Both the position numbers and the translations under genes were made by a program. A DNA stretch of 32,000 nucleotides from Candidatus Lokiarchaeum ossiferum (GTDB lineage: Archaea > Asgardarchaeota > Lokiarchaeia > Sigyniarchaeales > Promethearchaeaceae), in contig CP104013.1 in assembly GCA_025839675.1 (NCBI GenBank), positions 5,940,001 through 5,972,000 on the forward strand, given 5' to 3'. Below the pieces are notes generated by a model. The model was not told the DNA's origin, did no database searches, and saw nothing but the letters and a program-made list of their open reading frames with translations. Below, piece by piece: positions 1 through 8,649 of the stretch. Position 1 is the first letter of the stretch. Each line of letters begins with the position of its first letter.

Positions 1-828
1 CACTTCTTTTCTGATCAGAATATGGTTCCTAATGAAAAAATGGGGCATTTCGGAGGACATACCGTTGTAGTCTACGGTCTAGATGAAATGAAAGGTGAAG
101 TATTAATTTCAGATCGTTTTGGAGAACCTGTGAAAATACCCTTAAATCTTTTTCAAATGGCCCGAGCTTCGAAATTTGCTCCTTTTGCAGCGAAAAATAA
201 AATTTTGGAACTATTTAATCCCGAAAAGTCCTCCTTAAAATCGTTAAAAGAAATAATTCCTATGGCCATTAAACAGAATATTGATCAGATGTTAAACCCA
301 CCCATTAAAATGCTTGGTGTGCCTGGTTTTTTAAAATATAAACAAGTTTTTCCTACCTGGTGGAGTAAATATCCTGGAGACCAATTTATTTATGCTATTC
401 TAAATCTATTCATTTTTATGGAGGTTGGGGGTTGTGGAGGGGCCATGTTTCGAGATATGTATCGAATTTTCCTAGGTGAAGCAGCAGTTATTATGGAAAT
501 GCCCTCTCTAAACAAAGCTATTGAATTTTTTGAAGTTTCTATCGAAGCCATTCACAACCTTGGAAACGCACTACTTCCTGATGAATTAGAATGGATGGGT
601 AAATTACGTAAATCATTACTGGAATTCAACGCGACACAAGAATCGATGCCAGATAATCTAAATATCCTTCTTAAGCAAATGGAAAATGATCAGAAAAATA
701 TCATTGAACGTGCTATAAGTGAGAATTTAAGTGATTTTCCAAGTTATTTTCCTAAAATTGTTGCTGCAATTCAACATGTGCATGATGCTGAGAAAGAAGC
801 ATGGGAATATTTAGCAGAAATGTTTTAG
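1..828 (+). CDS. BtrH-N/DUF4872-like protein (C39/papain-like fold), 5' end cut by window edge
   Basis: The frame is open from nt 1 (HFFSDQN precedes the listed Met at 22), with stop TAG at 826-828. 'HFGGHTVVVYGLDEMKGEVLISD' resembles the catalytic-His strand of BtrH_N/peptidase-C39-like domains and is followed by a helical tail as in DUF4872. The family call is from memory of the pattern only. Confidence 0.5.
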   Translation, partial: HFFSDQNMVPNEKMGHFGGHTVVVYGLDEMKGEVLISDRFGEPVKIPLNLFQMARASKFAPFAAKNKILELFNPEKSSLKSLKEIIPMAIKQNIDQMLNPPIKMLGVPGFLKYKQVFPTWWSKYPGDQFIYAILNLFIFMEVGGCGGAMFRDMYRIFLGEAAVIMEMPSLNKAIEFFEVSIEAIHNLGNALLPDELEWMGKLRKSLLEFNATQESMPDNLNILLKQMENDQKNIIERAISENLSDFPSYFPKIVAAIQHVHDAEKEAWEYLAEMF

Positions 829-978
829 TTATTTCTTTTTCTTTCATTAACTCATTAAAACCTTTTTAAATTTGTTTTATGGATTACACATTCCACCGTA
901 AATATGGTTTAACTAAGATAAACCAAAATTGTATGCTGAGAAAAACTTTAATTGTATAAATTCACCTATATATGTAAT

Positions 979-1356
979 ATGACAGAATCTTCAAATACTT
1001 TAACAACCGAAGCAAAAAAGAAGATCCCCTCTTATATTTATTGTATTTTAATATATTTGAGCGAAATCGTTCTGTTTTTCATTTTATTTAGCATAGAATC
1101 TCCTGGATTATTTATAAGCAACCTTGGAAATAGCTTTGGAATGTCAGTAATTGTGACAATTGTCTTAGTAATTGCAATATCCTTATACCGAATTTATAAT
1201 ATGGTAGGATCTGAATCTGAAATTCAAATGGGTGAAAGTAATGATAATCTTTCACTTATGAATGAAGATTCACGTAAAGCTGAAGAAGAATACCATTCTG
1301 CATTAGAAAAGCAATTAAAGAAACTAAAAGAAGAAGAACTGAATCTTTTAAATTAA
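979..1356 (+). CDS. small membrane protein (2 predicted TM helices) with C-terminal charged coiled-coil tail
   Basis: The ORF track starts at TTG 952; the first ATG is at 979 (MTESSN...). Two hydrophobic stretches ('YIYCILIYLSEIVLFFILFSI', 'MSVIVTIVLVIAISLY') are followed by 'KAEEEYHSALEKQLKKLKEEELNLL'. I recognise no family. Confidence 0.4.
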   Translation: MTESSNTLTTEAKKKIPSYIYCILIYLSEIVLFFILFSIESPGLFISNLGNSFGMSVIVTIVLVIAISLYRIYNMVGSESEIQMGESNDNLSLMNEDSRKAEEEYHSALEKQLKKLKEEELNLLN

Positions 1357-1581
1357 ATTTTTCAAGCTTCACTTATTCTTGATAATTTAAAAAATTACAA
1401 TTTTTTTTGAAATTTTTGTTAAATTATTTTGTGGTTTCATGGTATGTTTTTTCTTAAAACTCATGTATTTTTCAGCAAATCCTTTGAGTTCTATGAGCAA
1501 ACTGGAATCATAGCCTTCAAACTTAGTCTCACGAAACGGGAGATCTTTTACTCTAGCTCTTAAAAATAGGATGATTTAACT

Positions 1582-2961
1582 GTGGAAAATATAAATGCTG
1601 AAGTCTTTACTCTTAGAAATCAAAGAAAACAAATTAAGGATCTTACTGAGAAACTTAAAGCGGTTTTAGGTCAATTCGATAAGCTTGAAAATGAACTTTT
1701 AAAGGCTCAGTATAAACACGGTTTAATGATTGCTTTTGATGAGATTGGTTATACCGAGGAAAGTTATAAGAAGAGGATCAATGAACTCTTTGCAATCAAG
1801 CAAAATTATCATCATTTGTGGTCCGAGACTCAGGAACTAACCCGTTCAATGGAAAAACATTATTCATCAGAAGAAGGATTAATGAAGGATTTAATGGAAA
1901 AAATTCAAAGCTTAACACCTGATAATATTAATGACATAAAAGGAATTCAACAGCAAAAGAAAGTCAAAAAAGAGCATTATTTCAAAGATATGACTAATGT
2001 GAAAAAAGAAATTGATGATTTGAAGAAAGTTATTGAAGATCTTGAGGGAATGAAATTATATGTCTCTGGTAAATCTCCTCGTGCTTATTATAATAAAGAA
2101 ACTAAAGATTACAATGCAATTATTGATAAAATTGATCATGAAAAAGAGAAATTAGAACAATTTAAGAAAGTTAAAAATTCAAATATGACTAAAACGACCG
2201 AAGCAATTATTAGAAGCTATGAACAGGATAAAGACAAGATTGTTAAGAAAACTGTTAGTGCTATTGATGAAACACTTGCTTCTTTACAAGATAAAATTAC
2301 CAATCGAGAAAAAATTGCTGATAAGTACTTCAAAATAAAATCACTTCGTTTTCTCGTTCAAGGAGCACCTCGAGCTGGAAAATTTTCTTTGATTCACAGT
2401 TTAGATCCATATAGTGCCCTCCAGCGAAAAGGTAATTTTATGGTTGTGAATTCTCCCGATTATGTTTTTTCAGCTTTTAAGGGCTTGCTGGTTTGGGTTC
2501 AAGATGAAGATAAATCTAAAAAGACCGGACAAATATACACACTGCCAACTTTTGAAGAAAAATTTGAAGAATTTAAAGAACGGGTCAAAGTTAAAATAGA
2601 ATTGACTTGTGCTACGGGGTATGTAGATTCTGAGATTTTCCCAAAAATTATTGATGGTATGAAATGTGAAGGGTTGATTTACATTTATGATTCGACGGAT
2701 AATTTGGCTTTCGAAGATTCAAAAGACTTATTTAAATCCACATCTGATTATCTTCATCTTGAAAATGAGCAAAATATCCTGATTCTGGCAAATAAATCTG
2801 ATTTAAACCAAAATTCGAACTCTGAATTAATTAAAAATGCAAAAAAAATCTCTATTAAATCCAATCCATTGGAAGTTAATGAAATATTTACTGACTATAT
2901 TAATAATATTATTTTTAACTCAACCGAGATTAAAGAGTTAATTGAATTGAATGTGGATTAA
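1582..2961 (+). CDS. coiled-coil protein with C-terminal Ras/Rab-like small GTPase domain (degenerate G1/G3 motifs)
   Basis: GTG start at 1582, preceded by the SD-like 'AGGATGA'. The N-terminal ~240 aa are heptad-rich and charged. The C-terminal domain has a P-loop 'GAPRAGKFS' (G1), 'ELTCATGY' where DTAGQ is expected (G3), 'IYIYDSTD', an intact 'NKSD' (G4) and 'KSNPLEVNEIF' (G5-like). Confidence 0.65.
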   Translation: MENINAEVFTLRNQRKQIKDLTEKLKAVLGQFDKLENELLKAQYKHGLMIAFDEIGYTEESYKKRINELFAIKQNYHHLWSETQELTRSMEKHYSSEEGLMKDLMEKIQSLTPDNINDIKGIQQQKKVKKEHYFKDMTNVKKEIDDLKKVIEDLEGMKLYVSGKSPRAYYNKETKDYNAIIDKIDHEKEKLEQFKKVKNSNMTKTTEAIIRSYEQDKDKIVKKTVSAIDETLASLQDKITNREKIADKYFKIKSLRFLVQGAPRAGKFSLIHSLDPYSALQRKGNFMVVNSPDYVFSAFKGLLVWVQDEDKSKKTGQIYTLPTFEEKFEEFKERVKVKIELTCATGYVDSEIFPKIIDGMKCEGLIYIYDSTDNLAFEDSKDLFKSTSDYLHLENEQNILILANKSDLNQNSNSELIKNAKKISIKSNPLEVNEIFTDYINNIIFNSTEIKELIELNVD

Positions 2962-2963
2962 AT

Positions 2964-3791
2964 GTGTTAATTTCAAAGAAAAAAAACAAAAAAATTGTCT
3001 TAATTATTTGTCCTCATCCAGATGATGGGGAAGCTTTTTCTTCTCAGTTATGTGTTCAATCCATTAAAAATGGATGGAAAGTTCATCAAGTATTAGCAAC
3101 TTGTGATGAATATGGTACACCCAATAAAATACTTAAGGGTGAAAGGATTAAGCGCATTCGAAAATCTGAAATGATAAAAGCTCAAAAAGCTTATGGGTTT
3201 GATTCATTGGGAAATCCTCAGGTAACTCTTCATTGGATGCATTACATAGATGGTTTTGTTCCTCACAATAAAGCAGCAATATTGCGATTACAAAAATTCA
3301 TTTTAAAACTTAATCCGGATATTGTGATCGGTCCAGATCCCTTTGTCTACTGCGATGGTCACGTTGATCATATGGCGGTTGGAAAAAATTATTTTTTCGC
3401 GCTCAAATGGATGGATGCCCAAGAAAGACCAAAACGGATGCTTTATTTTCAAACTCTCATGCCGAATTATTTTTTACAACGATTGTATGATCAAATCGTC
3501 TTCAAAACCCGCATGAGTCATGCAAGTCAATGGTCACCTTGGATGTTAAAAATCATTGATCTTTTCAATCCGCTAACCCAAATTTCCTTTCAGTTAAAAT
3601 TTGGTCATTTAAAATTAATTGAAGGCTATCGAGAAGTTACTTTCACTCAAACTCATAATCCACCAAAAGGAATTGCTCGTATTTTCTATTACTTGTTTCA
3701 TGATCGTCCTTTAGGTTGTGAAGAAGGCCGCTTCATTCCCGGACCAAAAGAATTAGGTTTGAATTTATACCCCGAATCAGAAATCGAATAA
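2964..3791 (+). CDS. PIG-L/LmbE family N-acetylglucosaminyl deacetylase (paralog 1)
   Basis: Carries 'VLIICPHPDDGE' (PHPDD motif) and 'GHVDHMAVG' (HxDH zinc motif) and is ~270 aa long. The GTG start lies 2 nt after the upstream TAA stop. Confidence 0.85.
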   Translation: MLISKKKNKKIVLIICPHPDDGEAFSSQLCVQSIKNGWKVHQVLATCDEYGTPNKILKGERIKRIRKSEMIKAQKAYGFDSLGNPQVTLHWMHYIDGFVPHNKAAILRLQKFILKLNPDIVIGPDPFVYCDGHVDHMAVGKNYFFALKWMDAQERPKRMLYFQTLMPNYFLQRLYDQIVFKTRMSHASQWSPWMLKIIDLFNPLTQISFQLKFGHLKLIEGYREVTFTQTHNPPKGIARIFYYLFHDRPLGCEEGRFIPGPKELGLNLYPESEIE

Positions 3792-3794
3792 GTG

Positions 3795-3802
3795 TTTTTT
3801 TT
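3795..3802 (+). terminator. oligo-T tract (T8) 3 nt after the PIG-L stop, candidate archaeal intrinsic terminator
   Basis: 'taaGTGttttttttc' immediately downstream of stop 3789-3791. Archaeal RNA polymerase terminates at oligo-T runs. Confidence 0.35.
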
Positions 3803-3862
3803 CTCTTTCGGTGTTATAAATTAACCCTTATTTAGATCAAAGACCAAATATCATGTAAGACG

Positions 3863-5193
3863 ATGATAGAGCAAAAATCAACAAAAGTAACACTTTTCGT
3901 GCTTTATATTTTGTTAACTATCGGTACATTCATTCAAACGGTTCTTCCCGCGTTAATGCCCAATTTGACAGAAACATTTACTGATATGAATGAAGGGAAA
4001 ATTGGCTATATTATTGGAACCATGATTTTAACAATGGCTGGTGCGGGAATTGTAATGGGTTACTTCGGTGAAAAATCCGGCGGATGCAAGTTGCGTGTAT
4101 CGGAAGTTCCATAACAACATTTTTTACAATTTTGACGGGATTTATTAATAATTATGTGCAACTTTTCATTTGCCAAATTGGAGCTTCAATTGGATTAGGT
4201 GCAATTCTTCCTGTTATGGTAAGTATAATGGCTGATTTATTTCCTCAAGAAGAACGTGGGAAAGTTTTTGGGATCTTGTCTATTATCACAACTGTATTGG
4301 GTGAACTTGGAGGTGTTGTAATTGCATTGATCCTTTTTCCCAACAATTGGAGAATTACATATTATATCATGGGGGGGATTTCTGCCCTTTTAACTCCGAT
4401 TTTATATTTTACTAAAGAACCTAAGCGAGGGGCTAAAGAATCGGTTTTACAATCTGTTTATAGCACTGACCCCACTCTAGACTATTCCTACAAGATAAAA
4501 AAAGAAGATTTGAAATATTTGTGGCAAAGAAAGACTAATCGCTATTTAATTCTAAATTTCGTAGATAATATTCCTGGGGCAGTATTTGCCACATATGCAA
4601 TATCCTGGTTGATGTTTGAACATAATGCGTCTGAAGATGCTGCCTTCATGGGGTTAATAATTGTAGTCTTAGGAATATTTGTTGGGGCGATAATTTTTGG
4701 GCGATATGGTGATAAGAAATATAAGACAGATAAGAAGATTAAAGTAAAGTTAGGAACGATATTGTCGATGGCTTCCGCTCCTTTTATTTTAATTGGGATT
4801 AATTTGACTTGGACTTTAGCTGATGATGCATCCTTGTTTAGCAATCCGGTAGGGGTTCTTGCAGTATTAATGTTGTCGTTTGGCTTGCTTATTGATGGGG
4901 GAATTTATCCAAATTGGTTATCGGCTATTACCGATATAAACTTGCCAGAACATAGGAGTACTATGATCTCCCTTGCCAATTTCTTTGATGCTTGTGGAAG
5001 AGCTTTAGGTGCGTTTATTGGGGGTTTTTTAATCAATACTTATAATTACCCCTTTGCGATGACCTTTGCTAGCCTATTTACTATCCTTTCATTTGTTTGG
5101 TGGGTTCCATCTATTAAAACATATCAAAAAGATTACGATGAAATTCAACGGATCCTTGCTAAACGAGCGGTCCAAATTCAAATAGTAAAGTAA
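3863..5193 (+). pseudogene. MFS transporter interrupted by a single frameshift (ORFs 3863-4114 and 4084-5193)
   Basis: The two ORFs together give about 12 hydrophobic helices. MFS motif A is split at the junction: 'GYFGEKSG' in frame 1, then 'R(R)MQVACIGSS' in frame 2. One extra base between ~4070 and 4083 restores a single ORF (for example A5 to A6 at 4071-4075). 'LFPQEERGKVFG' is a typical loop 2-3/4-5 motif. Confidence 0.7.
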
Positions 5194-5233
5194 AAAGTCG
5201 AATTTCATTCCCATGTTTTTTATACTCTTTATT

Positions 5234-6661
5234 TTAAGCGAGTTGCATATCATTGTTCTCTCTCCACCATTTTGGTGGTACTTTTGGGGGATACTTCTCA
5301 TATACTTTTTGAAGGATTTTTCTAATATCTACCCGGGTAGGAGAATTATCTCCAATCTCTTGTTGAGAAAGAATTTTTCCATAGAGTTTGCTTGCATACC
5401 ATTGGGATTCAGTGGTTCCATAATATTTGAACACCGCAATTCCTAATCCATAATCATAGGCAATAAATGACTTCAGCATTTCTTCCGTATTACATTCAAC
5501 ACTGTTGGTAATTCCAAAAATTGTAGCATCCTTTCCATAATCTTTGAATCTCCGTTTCATATTTCGTTGGCTGTACCAATGCACAAGATTTGCCAAAGTG
5601 CCCCAATACCTTCCATCATCAATAGAACCTGTCAGATATGGATAAAGCATAGGGAGAGCTGAATCCATAACCTTTGTCAATCCATAATAATCTTGTCCCG
5701 TTAAACGGTTGCTGTAGAATTTTGGTCCAGGCAAATTAAACCATCCTGTAAGTATATTATCATCAACAGATTTTATGGTATCGTTAAATTTTTTTCCAAA
5801 TTCCAAGATATTATCCATTCGAAAACGAAACCAATCCTTTCCTTTTAGTTTAGCTGGGTTATTATTAGGATATTGTTGAGCATAGGCTTTCCGACATCTC
5901 TCACATCCGCAGTAGTCAAAATAATCTGTAGAATATCTGATATAATCTGCGAGTATTCCATCGACTTGATAATTTGATGCAATTTCCTTGATTAAAGCAA
6001 TCATATAATCTGCATGCTTTGATCGAGGACAATGAAAGGCAGTCAATGGGATATATCCTTTTCCTCTTGCATTTCGAGCGGCTCCAATTTTCTCATCAAC
6101 TTCTTTGGTCAGAAACGGTATTTTTTTCTGCATTTCTTCAATGGTGGTGCCTTCTGGTAAATCAACCCTCATTTCCCCTTCGTGGTGGATTCCTGGATCT
6201 CCTTTTTTAATGTTCTTTCTTGTTTTTATGTGGATGGAAACCGTTTCTGGATGAAGGGCGCCTCGATAGGCATCATTCATGTTTGTAATGCTCAGAAAAA
6301 AAATTACATTCTTCTTTTGACAAATCTCTGAAAATTCTCCAACTAAATCTCTGTTCGTCGGATTCCAGCCTATTTTTGTTTTAGAAAGAGTTGCCCCATC
6401 AGTATCTTTAACAACTAAACCAAACGCATTATATCCGTTGTCAACAATTTTAGAAATGATCTCGGCTGGATTTATTTGATCAACAAAATCGTAATCCAAT
6501 TTACGAAAACCTTGAGGTCCTCGAATAGGCATTAAACACTGGGCAAAAATTTTTTTTTTTCCGAATCTTTGCTTGAAAGGAGCCAGTTGGATTTTATTTA
6601 GTTTGGGAGGGGTTGTCATAGTGTTTTCTTCACCTTCATTTTTAAAAATGATACGGATCAC
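5234..6661 (-). CDS. glycoside-hydrolase-like TIM-barrel protein (GHL10/DUF4015-type)
   Basis: 'NAFGLVVKDTDGATL' and 'ILADYIRYSTDYFDYCGCERCRKAY' resemble GH-like families that carry a DYIRY(P) strand and a nearby Cys motif. The listed start is GTG at 6661. An ATG at 6619 (MTTPPK) preceded by 'GAAGGTGAAG' is a plausible alternative start. Confidence 0.5.
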   Translation of the reverse strand: MIRIIFKNEGEENTMTTPPKLNKIQLAPFKQRFGKKKIFAQCLMPIRGPQGFRKLDYDFVDQINPAEIISKIVDNGYNAFGLVVKDTDGATLSKTKIGWNPTNRDLVGEFSEICQKKNVIFFLSITNMNDAYRGALHPETVSIHIKTRKNIKKGDPGIHHEGEMRVDLPEGTTIEEMQKKIPFLTKEVDEKIGAARNARGKGYIPLTAFHCPRSKHADYMIALIKEIASNYQVDGILADYIRYSTDYFDYCGCERCRKAYAQQYPNNNPAKLKGKDWFRFRMDNILEFGKKFNDTIKSVDDNILTGWFNLPGPKFYSNRLTGQDYYGLTKVMDSALPMLYPYLTGSIDDGRYWGTLANLVHWYSQRNMKRRFKDYGKDATIFGITNSVECNTEEMLKSFIAYDYGLGIAVFKYYGTTESQWYASKLYGKILSQQEIGDNSPTRVDIRKILQKVYEKYPPKVPPKWWRENNDMQLA

Positions 6662-6725
6662 TTTTTTTTAAATTTAGAAAGGATTTCTTTATTATACATA
6701 CAATTTCTACATTATATAGGGAAAA

Positions 6726-7535
6726 ATGAAATATCTATTTATATGTGTTCATCCGGATGATCTTGAGTTTAACTGTTCAAATTTAATGTGGTATCTTTCT
6801 CAAAAGGAGAAATCTGTGCACATTCTCTCATTAACTAAAGGAGAATTTGGTATATTCGATCCTAAATGGAAGGGTCCCCAACTGGGATATATACGTCAGC
6901 ATGAATTAATTAAAGCGGCAACCGTAAACGGGATTGATCCTGAGCATATCCATTTTGATGATATTATTGATGGTTTTGTGCAATTTAACCGTGCTCATAT
7001 AGAAAAATTGCTATTATGGATAAATAAAATACAACCGGATATAATTTTAGCACCTGAACCATATTTCACATATTATTGGCATTCAGATCACATCAATTGC
7101 GGACGGATGGCTTTTTATATTTATAAAAATCTGCAGCATAGCCTTAAGCATCCCATAAAATCTCTTCTTTTTTATACAACATTTAAACCCAATTTTGTTT
7201 GGCCATTTAAAGATCCTCAACATGCTTTCAAATCACTGTATCTCCATAAAAGTCAATGGTGGCTGTTAAAAAGAATGGGTATGTTTTATCCTATTGAAAA
7301 ACGAAATCTCAACTTCAAAAAAATAGGAAGGTGGAAATTTGTGGAACGTTATCGTAGAGTTTTGCTCCACAAAAAAGAACCAAAAGCAAATCGAATATTG
7401 AAAACGATTCTCGGAATAATTTCAAACCTCCATCTGGTTAATCCTCCTCAAAAACACTTTGTAGTTCCTAATTGGGATACGTCATTTGGTCAGAAAATTC
7501 TTCGTCTCCGAGAAAAGTATGGATTTCAAGACTAA
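6726..7535 (+). CDS. PIG-L/LmbE family deacetylase (paralog 2)
   Basis: Carries 'LFICVHPDDLEF', 'IIDGFV', 'QPDIILAPEP' and 'HSDHINCG'. It is colinear with ORF 2964-3791, sharing IDGFV, PDI(V/I), HxDH, (L/Y)F.T..PN(Y/F) and H.SQW. Confidence 0.85.
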   Translation: MKYLFICVHPDDLEFNCSNLMWYLSQKEKSVHILSLTKGEFGIFDPKWKGPQLGYIRQHELIKAATVNGIDPEHIHFDDIIDGFVQFNRAHIEKLLLWINKIQPDIILAPEPYFTYYWHSDHINCGRMAFYIYKNLQHSLKHPIKSLLFYTTFKPNFVWPFKDPQHAFKSLYLHKSQWWLLKRMGMFYPIEKRNLNFKKIGRWKFVERYRRVLLHKKEPKANRILKTILGIISNLHLVNPPQKHFVVPNWDTSFGQKILRLREKYGFQD

Positions 7536-7583
7536 CCCAGAAATACATAAATATCTATTAGGTAAAAGAATCAAAGGATCATT

Positions 7584-8639
7584 ATGGTAATAAAAGTTGG
7601 GATCATCGGATCTGGATTCATTGCAGAGCACCACTGTTTTGCCTTCTCTCAAATTCCCGGAGTAAAAATAATTGGTATATCCTCGCTAGATCAGGATTCT
7701 GCTCTTAAATTGATTGAAAAATTTAACATTGCTGGACCATACTTCAAAGATTACCATGATTTACTCTCACAAGTGTGTGATGCAATAAGTATCTGTCTTC
7801 CCAATTCATTGCATCATGAAGTATCTTTAGCAGCATTATCGCAAGGAAAACATATTTTCATTGAAAAACCTCTTGCTCGTAATGTAGCGGAAGGATTAGA
7901 GATAGTAAAGGCCGCTCAAAAAGCAAAAAAAACCATTTTTTATTGTGAAAATAATATATATGCTCCTTCTTTCGTTAAGGCTAAAGAATTAGTTGATGGT
8001 GGTGCAATAGGGAAAATCTATATGGGTCGCGGAAGAGAGCATCATTCAGGGCCGCATAGTGCTTGGTTCTATAAGCAGAAACTGGCTGGAGGTGGGGCGC
8101 TAATAGATCTTGGAATTCATGATATTGCCTGTTTGGTTTGGTATCTTAATGAAGATGTAGAGAAAGTTTTTTGTCAAACTTCCATTGTATCACCTGATCG
8201 GGGTGAATTTGGTCAATGTGAAGTTGAAGATAATGCAATGGGCATTCTCTATTTTGAAAATGGTGCCCAAGTATCTATAGAAGAATCGTGGACTGCCCCT
8301 TCAAGTTTCGATGTGAAAATTGAGTTATACGGAACTAAAGGGCAAATCATAGTTAACCCCAGTCACATGGCTCCGTTAGAAGTTTTTAGTGAAAATGGGT
8401 TTGGATATGCTGTTGAAAAGGCAAGTACTACAAAAGGATGGACTTTTCCTATTCCTGCCGAATCTTGGACTTTTGGATATCCCCAAGAAATGCAACATTT
8501 CATAAATTGTATTGTGGAAGAAAGAATACCTTATACAGATGGTAAATTTGGATTGAAAATTCTTGCGATTGTTGAAGCAATGTATAAATCTACCCAATCT
8601 GGTAAAATAGAAGTGGTTTTTTATCCAAAAATAGAATAA
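7584..8639 (+). CDS. Gfo/Idh/MocA family NAD(P)-dependent oxidoreductase
   Basis: Has an N-terminal Rossmann 'KVGIIGSGFIAEHH', 'GKHIFIEKPLA' (EKP motif) and 'GGGALIDLGIHDIA' in the C-terminal alpha/beta domain. Confidence 0.9.
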   Translation: MVIKVGIIGSGFIAEHHCFAFSQIPGVKIIGISSLDQDSALKLIEKFNIAGPYFKDYHDLLSQVCDAISICLPNSLHHEVSLAALSQGKHIFIEKPLARNVAEGLEIVKAAQKAKKTIFYCENNIYAPSFVKAKELVDGGAIGKIYMGRGREHHSGPHSAWFYKQKLAGGGALIDLGIHDIACLVWYLNEDVEKVFCQTSIVSPDRGEFGQCEVEDNAMGILYFENGAQVSIEESWTAPSSFDVKIELYGTKGQIIVNPSHMAPLEVFSENGFGYAVEKASTTKGWTFPIPAESWTFGYPQEMQHFINCIVEERIPYTDGKFGLKILAIVEAMYKSTQSGKIEVVFYPKIE

Positions 8640-8649
8640 AAGTGATATC

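Noticed and set aside
1387-1575. Open minus-strand frame in the 225-nt gap upstream of the GTPase-like gene ('...RARVKDLPFRETKFEGYDSSLLIELKGFAEKYMSFKKKHTMKPQNNLTKISKKIVIF*')
   Set aside because: It has no ATG, GTG or TTG start before residue ~38, and only ~25 codons remain after the first Met. It could be a gene remnant or noise. There is not enough evidence to call a gene.
4542-5446. ORFs 4542-4844 (-), 5089-5301 (-) and 5213-5446 (+)
   Set aside because: They lie antisense to, or overlap, the well-supported MFS and GH-like genes. Their translations are low-complexity and hydrophobic, as expected from AT-rich antisense frames, and carry no motifs.
6019-6210. ORF 6019-6210 (+), 63 aa
   Set aside because: It lies entirely antisense within the GH-like gene and is a shadow ORF.
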